64,000 bases of DNA, taken from positions 124,001 through 188,000 of the forward strand of contig JABLTG010000014.1 of assembly GCA_016618085.1 (NCBI GenBank), read 5' to 3'. Source of the DNA: Neovahlkampfia damariscottae (lineage: Eukaryota). Shown one piece after another: positions 54,590 through 64,000 of this stretch (position 1 is the first letter of the stretch; every line of letters begins with the position of its first letter). The notes under the pieces were generated by a model that saw nothing but the letters and a program-made list of their open reading frames with translations, was not told the DNA's origin and made no database searches. The position numbers and the translations under genes are program-made.

Positions 54590-54705
54590 TCTCTTTTAAT
54601 CTCTTGGGTTTGGGTTTATCTTCTGATTGAGTATGAGGAAATTTGACAAATCAAAACTCTTGTTGAAAAGGACCAATAAAATTGAGTTAAAGTAAAGTTT
54701 CTAAA

Positions 54706-56820
54706 ATGAATGAAGGTAACGTTTTTTTTTTTTTTTTTTTTAATTCAAAATAGCATTATTTAAAGCAATGAATGAAGAATTTCCAGTGGATGAAATGGAA
54801 AAGAATCAAACAAACGAAAAGAGTTCTGGAGGGAGTATAAAAAAATAAAAAAAAACTAACTGACTGAACTTTAAGGTATTTGGGATCTTGATATTTTTGA
54901 GGCATCACCATTTGATAAATTAATAGAAGACCAAGCCTCTTTTGAAGATATTATTGATACTGATAAATTAGTTCAAGAAGTAAAAGCAGAACATGAAGGA
55001 TTACTCAAATTGTAAGAATAAGAATACGTTTAATATATAGTCTTTCAAAAGATGAAAATATTAAATTAATTATTCAATATTTAGTTACTATTACAACTGT
55101 TGAATCTAATAAAGATATAAATGAAAAGAATGAAAAAGAATTACATAAATATCCATATGTTTGTTGTGAAATTATTTTATGTAATATTAAAATGATTAAT
55201 GAAAAAATAATTAATAATAATGATATATTAAAGAAACTATTTCATTTTTTAGAAGATAGAAAAATTAAAAGTAAGCTTAGGTTATTCATATTGTTAATAT
55301 TTTAAAAGAAGAAAAATATGGAAATTTGAATACATCACATGATTTTTATTTTTCTAAAGTATTTAAACATTTTTTAAAACATAATTATATTGAAATTACT
55401 AATTTTTTAATTAAAAATGAATTAATTTTATTAAAGTAAGATAGAATGATATAATTAATGATATACTAGTTTAATTTCTAATTTTGATATTTATAATTTT
55501 GATGATATATTTTTAAGAATCATTGGATTATCACAAAAAGAACAAATAAATGGATCTAATATGACTGAAGAAAAGTTAAGAGAATTATTTATAATGTCAA
55601 AAAAGAATGATTTAAATGAAGAATTAAAACAACAAATTGAAACTATACAAGAATGGATTATTGAAAAGAATGTTATATTAAATTTAATTGAAGAATTAAA
55701 AATTAATAATTCTGATATTCATTCAAATATATTTAATTTATTTGAAGAAATATTAAATAAATCACCAAATTCAAATTTATCAATGAAAATTCAATCCAAA
55801 GATGTAATTGAAATTATATTTAATATTTTATTTAAATTTAAATATATATCTTTATTTAAATATTCAAATCAATATTTTAATACTATTATTAAATATTTAT
55901 TAGATTCTAATTTTGATGAAAAAGAAGAAGAAGAAGAAGAAGATAATATTTTAAATTTAATATTAAATTCAAATGATTCATATTTTAATATTTTATTTAA
56001 AAATGAAGCATTAATGAATAGTGATAATGTATCATTGAATAATCAAATTATTAATACTGATACTGATAATAGTACTAATATCATCACCACTACTATTGGT
56101 GATATTAAATCATTTGGTGAATTAAAATTAGAGATGATTGAATATTATTTAAATGTAAAATATAATAATATTACTAATTCAAACTAGTTATCTATTGGAT
56201 CATGTTTATTTTCTAAAATTGATATAACATTATCAAAAAGTTTAAATTCAATATTCAATTTATTTTCAATATTTCCATTTAATAATATTTTACATGTTAA
56301 AATTTTAAATATTTTTAAGAATATATTAAAATATAAATATGGATCAGAAGAATCAAAAAGAGTAATATTTGAAGATGTTAAAATTATTGATAAAATTATA
56401 AAAAATGAAAATCAAAACTTAAAAATATTTTATTTTCAAATTGCAAACTTAATTTTAGATATTTCAACATCTGATAAATTAATTGAATCTTATTTAAAAG
56501 ATAATCAAGAATGGAAGATGTTTGTAACAAATCAATTATCAGAATTTAATAAAATTATGTCAAAAGATATTGGTGGTGAAAAACCACATGGTAAAGGTAT
56601 TAGTTCATCAGTAATGTTGGCTCTATCAAAAGAAGATAAATCAATAAATGATGATGATGATGATGATGAAATTGAACAAAATGATCATTATTCTTCTGAT
56701 GAAGATGATGATGACAGAGAACCAACAAGTATTTTAAAAACAAATATGTTTGGTGGTCCAGGTGATGAAGATGATGATTTTGATGCTGATTTTGATGCTG
56801 ACTTTGATTCATTCATTTAA
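54706..56820 (+). CDS. SAPS-domain PP6/SIT4 regulatory subunit-like protein
   Basis: FEDIIDTDKLVQEVK..LLKFL, KYPYVCCEII, FGELKLEMIE, FPFNNILH; acidic tail. Confidence 0.8.
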
Positions 56821-56873
56821 ACATTAAATTTTATTCTATTTTTAGTATCCAATCAAATTCTTTATTTACAACA

Positions 56874-57847
56874 ATGTGTTCAAAAAAGATGTCATTGAAT
56901 CAACTGGTTCAAATGAAAGTGATGTATTTACATGGGATGTTTATTTAGAAGGTCCTTCAGAAACACCATATGAAAATGGAATATTTAAATTACAGTTTAA
57001 ATTTCCAGCAGAGTAAGAAAAAACATAAATTTTTTTAAATTCATAAAGTTACCCATATTCACCTCCTACTTTATCATTTATATCAAATTTTTGGCATCCA
57101 AATGTCTATGAAGATGGAAAAGGTAACAACTATTTAAATCATTGAAGAATATTTAAGTTTGTATTAGTATACTTCATCCTAGTGGTGATGATCCTATGAG
57201 TGGTGAAAGACCTGAGGAAAGGTGGTTACCAACACAAAGTCCTGAAACAGTCTTATTATCGGTTCAAAGGTAAATATTTCTTTCTTTCATCCAAAGTATG
57301 TTGTGATCCTAATACTAGTTCACCTGCAAATGTGGATGCATCTGTTCAATGGAGAAAGGACAAAGAAGGATTTGAAAAGAAAATAAAAAATTTGATTGAA
57401 GCAGCAAAAGATGATTTACCACAAGATTTTGTAATGCCATATAAAACCTTTGTCAAAAGGACAATAGACATTCCAACACTTGATGAAATACTTGATGAAG
57501 GTACTGAATATGAATTTGAAGTGGGGAGTGATGAAGAATATGAATTAGAAGAAAGTCAAGAAGAAGAAGAGAGTGAAAAAGAAGAATTGGAAGAAGAAGA
57601 AGAAAAAAAAGAATTTAATGAAAACAAAGAAGAAACTAAACAAGAAACTATAGAAGAAAACGAAGAGAAAAAACGAATAGGAGAAAAGATTATTGAAGAA
57701 GAGAAAATAAAAGTTGAAAATGTAAATACTGAAACAATAAAAGAAAAAGAAATTATTCAAAATAAGGTAGTGGCTCAAGAAGAGATTACATCATCAACAA
57801 AAATAAATCAAAAATCAAAAGATAAAAAAAAGTGCATTTTGATGTAA
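56874..57847 (+). CDS. Ubc7/Cdc34-class E2 with acidic tail and C-terminal CaaX; reading frame broken twice as assembled
   Basis: [32 protein letters not shown] with acidic loop, ERWLP, PANVDA; ends KDKKKCILM*. Confidence 0.8.
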
Positions 57848-57964
57848 TTAAGACACCTGAGTTTAAGAACAAATCCTCATTCTATAGATGAAATATTAGT
57901 CATAACATTAAAGATTTAGAAAATAATTTATTTTTGAACTGGTCTAATCATAGATCCAATATTT

Positions 57965-59489
57965 TTAATTTCCACCCATTAAACTACTTAACATTCCTTT
58001 TTCAGCTAAAAATCCTGCAGCAGGTCCAACTATTTAAATTAATTAAAATCTCTTTGTTTTACTTCCACATAAATTAATATAAAATTGTGTATCATGATCA
58101 CATCTTTAAAATATTAGAAAACTGAATTTCTTACAAAGTAAAAAGAAAATTACAAACAGATGTTTTAAATTGATAATTAAAATGTGTCATATGAGATATT
58201 AAAACTGATAAAGGTGTTTTTAATCCTTCAGTTGGATTAAATTTCTCATTTGTATCATCATCATCTTCTTCATCTTCATCATCATCATCATCTTCATCTT
58301 GATCACCTTTATGTTTTTCTTCTTCTATTCTCTTTTTTCTTAATTCTTCAATTCTTTTTTCTGATTCAATCTTTTCTTTTTCAATTCTTTCAAAATATTC
58401 ATTTGGTATTTTAATTTCAAATTTATCAGTATTTCTATCAATTAACCATTTTTGTAATACTTTACGTATTTTTAAATTTTGAATTGATTTTTCTAAAAAA
58501 ATAATGATTGGATTTAAAATGATTGAAAATGATGATTCATCATTTATATTATTAAAAAAGAATTGTAAAATGAAATGTAATACTTGTTCATCTAAAACTT
58601 GATTTTTAAAATAAAATATTTTAATAAAATCATCTGAAGAAAACATTAATGCTTGTAATACTCTAATGATTGGATCATTTGAAATGGTTGAATATTCACT
58701 TTGTAATTTTAATATTTTTTTAAAAATTGAAGATGTTCTATTACAAAAAATTAAAATTAATATGTTTACGTTTCATTAAAAAATAAATTTGAACTTTTTA
58801 AATGAGCAAATAAATTAAATAAAAATTTAATAGTTTCAGATAAATATAATTCAAAAAATTGAAGTTTTAAAATATCTTGATTTAAATTATCTAAAAAATG
58901 ATTAAACTTTTTAAATATTTCAAAAAATAATGATGAATCTAATTCAAATAATTCATTACATGATTTAGAATTATAAGTTGCATAAAATAATATTTTTGAA
59001 AGAAAGAATAAATAATTTGCATTATTCTTTTTTAATAAAAATAAAATTGTTTTAAATTTAGTTTTTGATAAATAATTTGAAAATATTAATCTTAAATTAT
59101 CATTTTGATGTAATACATTTATTAAACATCTTAATTCTTCAAATACTTCTTCCTTTTCTTTTTCAAAACATTCAATTAATAATATATCTAAAAATTTAGA
59201 ATCAGAAATAATATAATTTAATCCTTTCTTTTCTCTTAATAAAAAACAAATACATTGATATAATAAGGTTTTCATTTCTTTTTTTTTTAACAATATATTT
59301 AAATTTACCTTCATTTTTAAATTCATTATTATAAAGATATTTTGTACAACAAACTTGTAAAAACTTTTCTTTTTCTTCTTGTTCAATATTAAATGAATTA
59401 TTCTTTTCATTTTCTTTACAAAATAAAAATAATGTATTCTTCCAAACTAATTCATCTGTTTCTTCGATTAAATTTTTTAGTTCTGACAT
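57965..59489 (-). CDS. RIC8: Ric-8/synembryn-like G-alpha GEF/chaperone
   Basis: EELRCLINVL, FFLSKILF, LISHMT...VCNFLFTL|C...LCG|IGPAAGFLAEKG. Confidence 0.8.
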
Positions 59490-59577
59490 CACTAATTTTA
59501 AACTCCGAAACTACTTGATTGGATAGAATTTTATTAAATGAAAAAAAAAAAAGAATAATTTTTTTTATTAACTGATT

Positions 59578-61172
59578 TTATAAACCACCAAATTCATCCA
59601 TACCATCTTCTTCATCATCATCTAAATCATCTAAAATATCATCAAATACATTTTCTGATTCTGAGTTTTCAAGTTGTTGTTGTTGTTGTTGAAGTTGTTT
59701 TTTAAGAGATGGAAATCTTAATGATTTAACTGAATCATTATGAACTTTTAAACAAAATTCAATTCTATTTTCAAAAACAAGAGAAGGTTCTGAAGTTGAA
59801 TAAATATCAATTGATTCATTTGATTTAATATAACTTTGTTGATGATTAATAGATGCATCAATAATACCATCTCTAATAGCTTTTGCAACAATATGTTCAA
59901 CATCTTCTGGTGTTTCTAAATTAAGTTTTTCACAAATATCTTTTAATGATATTTTACTATAAGAAATTGAAATCTTTTTTAAACCAGTTCTAATAACATT
60001 TTGACGAATTCTTTGAACAAGTGAATAAGTTTGATCAGATTTAAATGTTTCAGAATATTTTTCAACAACTTTTCTAAATTTTAAAAGATCACCTACACGA
60101 ACTTGTTTAGTTAAATCATAATAAGGTTCAAGTGATTTCTTTAATCCTTTTTGTGTAAATACACTTCTTTCTGGAATTTCACCCATTAATAATTTAACAA
60201 TAATCATTAATTTATAACACTTAAAAATATTATTAGAAATAAAATAACATGTAATACAGATGTTCTAAATCCTTTTGCTGTTCCTGTTGGTGATTTCATA
60301 ATTGCTTGCATTAAACAATCATAAGCAAGACTATAATCTAATTGAATACTTTTTATTCTTCCTTTATAATAAAAATATCTTGCTAATTGACTATTTGAAT
60401 GAAAATCAATTGAAGGTGATTTTGAAATTAATTGATTTGCTTGGTCATATAAATTTTCTTCAATATAATTTCTTAAAAGTAAATTCATTAATACTGCTTG
60501 TCCATGTTTATCTTGTTTTAAACATGATGTTTTAAATCCTTTTAAAAGTTCACTTCTAATTACTGAAAGTTGATTGGTAAGTTCATAACTTCTTGAATAA
60601 TAAAAATATGCTTTTGAACCTAATAAAAATAAAGTATTTCTATTATTCTTTTTAATATATTCAATCATATCTGTTGAACAAATAACAGCCTAATAATTAT
60701 TAAAAATATATAATTCAAACTTCTTCATATCTTTTTGTATCAATAAGATGAACTGTCAACAAAATTTGTAAAAATACTTCAACTTCAGGTAACTTTTTTA
60801 ATTTCTTTGTATCAAAACTATCAACTTTAATATCTTTGAAATAATCAAGAAGTAATTTCTTTCTTTCACAATTTTCAGGTAAATTTTGTGAAATAACTGT
60901 ACAAAGTGTAACTTTGTCTAATTTTCTTCTTAAAGTTAAGTTTTGTCTTAAAGCTCTTCCTATTAAACGGTCATCATTATTTTGAACTCCTCTTTTAATT
61001 AAACTAATGTTTTGTTTCACGTCTTTTATTTTTTTAAAAAAATAAACAAGTCCTCACCTGAAATCATTGTATCAAAAGCTTCTTTCTTTTCTCTTTCCAA
61101 TTTTTCTTCTGGAGTTTCTTCTTTTTTTTCAATTTCCATCAAATCCTCTTTTTTAGTTTCCTCGTTGCTCAT
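59578..61172 (-). CDS. PSMD3: 26S proteasome lid subunit RPN3
   Basis: NRNTL, NLLLRNY, ARYFYYKGRIKSIQLDY, LLMGEIPER, VAKAIRDG. Confidence 0.97.
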
Positions 61173-61355
61173 TTTTTCGTTTTTGTAGATGTTAAATGAT
61201 TGGTCAGTTATATTTAGATAAATTTCCTGACTTTTTTTGAGAAAAACAATAAAATCATCTTAATACTTCTGAAAAACAATTTTTTTACTTTTTCTTCTTC
61301 CAAAAAAAACTCTCCAATCAAATTCGTTTGTAGAAAATTTTAGAAACGAAAGAAA

Positions 61356-64000
61356 ATGTCGTTGCCTCCTCCACCTCCTCCTCCTCCGCCTCCAAATTGG
61401 AGTAAGAGATTAGAACTATCAAATGATACATCAAGACCTACATTTGATGACTTTCCAGCTGTTACTGTTTCACAAAATGAAAATTTAGTGGAACAAACTC
61501 AAGAAGTGAGCAACGTTCAAAATGAAACAGTAATTCCAGATCTAAAATTAGAATCAAAAGAAGAAGAAACTTCAGAAGATTTGAAATATCTCAAAAAATC
61601 CAACATTTGGGATATTGATTCAGACGAAAAAGTATTATTTTTCATTTCATTAAAAATAAGTTACTTTCTTACTTGAAATCATTTCAAAGTAGATTATTCA
61701 CAAGATTAGAAAATATTAATGACAATGTGAATGATTTGGTATATCAAACAAAGACTTCTGAAGTTAAACTTTCAAATACATTTAATGAATTCATTATGTT
61801 ATCAAATACTCAATTTGTTGAAAATGTAAAGTTTAATATAATTCTTATATCCATTTTTAAAGAGAATTGATGATGAAGAAAATCAAAATAATAAAGTTGA
61901 AAAGAATGAAACGATTAGTTCATCCGAAAATAATTATGCTCAATCTATTCAACATGGAATTGAAGCATTAAAAATATGCAATATTCCACTTGAAGATTCA
62001 GATGATGATGAAGAAGAAGAAGAAGAAGAAATTAAAACTCAATATTCAAATGATAAAAAGAAGACAGTCATTGAACCATTTTTATTAAGTTCATTACCAT
62101 TCATTATTGGATCACAATTATTTTTTGATGATGAATTATGTGGACTAAAAGAAGATGAATTCATTTCTGATAGTGAAGAAAGTGAAGAAGAAGTACCATT
62201 CAATGAAGGAGTAATAGAAAATAAAGGAACACCACAAGGTGAATTTAATGAAGATAATATATTTGGAAATGGTGATGGTGGTGAAGAAACATTTGATGAT
62301 ATGTTTGGTGGTAATGGTAATAATGAAAATAAAGTTGCAGAAGTTAGTGATGGTGAATTATTTGGAAATACTAATTCATCATTATTTGGTGAAGATAAAG
62401 AAGGTACAACTAATAATAATGGTACAAGTGGTGTTGGTGATGATGATGATGATTTTGATTTATTTTCAACTAAAACAAGAAAAGAAGATGATTTTGATTT
62501 TGATATTGAATCTATTATGGGTAGTGGACCTGATAAAAAAGAAGAAAAAGAAGAAAAGAATGAATTATTTAAAGAAACAGAAGTTGAAAAAAAGAAAAAA
62601 GGAATGTTTGATCTTGATTCTGATGATGATGAAGAAGAAATTAAAAAAAATAAAAAAAAAGGAAAAGAAGAAATATTAAGTTTTGAATCAGGTGAAGATT
62701 TCTTTTCTTCAAATAATGATAATTTATTTGAAGAAAAAACAAAAAAGAAAAAGAAAAAAGATTTATTTTCAGAAGAAAAAGATGAAGATGATACATTTGG
62801 TGATATTGGTGATGTTGATTCAATGTTAAATTCATTCATGTCTCCAAGAGAAAATATTATTGATGATTTTTCAGAAAATAAAAAGAAATCATCAAAAAAA
62901 GAAAGTAATTTATTTGGAAATGAACAAGATGATGATGATGATATTTTGGAAGATGAACCAAAAAAAGAAAAGAAAAATGATTTTCAATCCAATATTATTG
63001 CAGGATTACAAAAGAATATGTCAGGACCACCAAAAAAGAAAGTTATTAAAAAAGAATCATCTTTATTTTCTGGAGATGAAGAAGAAGAAGAAGAAGATGG
63101 GGATGTTGATGAATTCACAAAAGATAAACAAGAAAAGAAAATTACACCAAAGAAAGAATCATCTTTATTTTTAGATGATGAATTTGATGATGAACTAAAA
63201 ATAAAGAAATCACAAAAAAAAGAATCTTCGTTATTCTCTAATGATGAAGATGATTTCATGGAACCAAAGAAAAAAGAAACAAATTCTGATTTATTTTCTG
63301 GAGATGATCTTGATTCTAAAATTGAAAATAAAAAAGAAAAGAAAAATGATTTTCAATCCAATATTATTGCAGGATTACAAAAGAATATGTCAGGACCACC
63401 AAAAAAGAAAGTTATTAAAAAAGAATCATCTTTATTTTCTGGAGATGAAGAAGATGGTGATGTTGATGAATTCACAAAAGATAAACAAGAAAGTACATCT
63501 TTATTTGAAAAAGAAGAAGAAGAAAATAAAAAACAAAAAACAAAAAAATCAAGTTTATTCGATGATTTAGATGATGATTTAGATGATGATGATTTTATGG
63601 GAACAAGTAATAAGTCAACACCTATAACAAAAACAAAAACAAAAACAAATTCAAAATTGGATTCATTATTTTCTCAAGATGATGAAGAAGAAGAAGAATT
63701 TCAATTTGAATCAAAAAAAGAAGATAAAAAAACAAAGAAAGGAACAACAAAAACAACCTCTTCTTTATTTTCAATGGATGATGATTTAGATGAAAAACTT
63801 AAGAAAGAAGAAAAAAAAGAAGAAAAACAAGTTAGCAATACAAACCCAAAAAATGTATTTCAATCTAGTATAATTGCAGGATTACAAAGAATGAATATGG
63901 GAGGAGGTATGCCACCTATAAAAAGAAAAACATCAAAAACTGAATCAATATCATCTACCTCTTCAAAAAGTGATAATTTAGATGATTCATTCTTGACTGA
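61356..64000 (+). CDS. WASHC2: WASH complex subunit FAM21 (5' part; continues beyond the window)
   Basis: W.IDSD..LL.YLKSF, NTFNEFIMLSNTQFVEN|RI, LPFIIGS, many Leu-Phe-acidic (LFa) motifs. Confidence 0.92.
62961..63492 (+). repeat. Near-identical intragenic direct repeat in FAM21
   Basis: Copies at 62961-63135 and 63330-63492 differ by a 12-nt GAA indel and one synonymous base. Confidence 0.9.

Noticed and set aside
62039..62839. 266-aa minus-strand ORF and similar antisense ORFs (37070-37492, 52069-52461, 57545-57778)
   Set aside because: Shadows of real genes on the other strand; Ser/Phe-rich or motif-free
1..64000. Alternative genetic code or widespread pseudogenes suggested by fragmented ORFs
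   Set aside because: Apart from the E2 gene, the stops and frame changes I checked fall inside short GT-AG introns; TAA and TAG end the genes normally
49596..64000. CCDC22 and FAM21 (interacting complexes) about 10 kb apart as a functional cluster
   Set aside because: Separated by five unrelated genes; one pair is compatible with chance

Overview
Very AT-rich, extremely gene-dense eukaryotic (protist-type) nuclear DNA. I could reconstruct about 37 protein-coding genes in 64 kb, using the standard genetic code. They are split by many tiny GT-AG introns (mostly about 27-46 nt) and separated by gaps often under 50 nt. Most encode housekeeping proteins: proteasome (RPN6, RPT2, RPN3, ECM29, PAC3), trafficking (VPS18, gamma-COP, CCDC22, FAM21), ubiquitin/SUMO enzymes, ribosome biogenesis (UTP21, SOF1), cilium-linked factors (DNAAF5, Fuzzy) and several enzymes. 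I saw no rRNA, tRNA, CRISPR or transposon. The most striking signals are in gene architecture. (1) The GDP-mannose pyrophosphorylase gene needs a 2-nt and a 4-nt micro-exon, each contributing to a conserved Asp codon. (2) Two start codons exist only after splicing (AT|G and A|TG). (3) A CCAAT/ATTGG box lies just upstream of nearly every ATG, often with a TCGGA/TCCG partner motif. (4) Two convergent genes have overlapping stop codons. (5) A spliced, probably mitochondrion-targeted cold-shock-domain gene is missing from the ORF track. (6) A CaaX-tailed E2 enzyme has two reading-frame breaks, one at a slippery heptamer and one at a stop codon. All gene models and family assignments were made by eye from remembered motifs, with no database search or RNA data.
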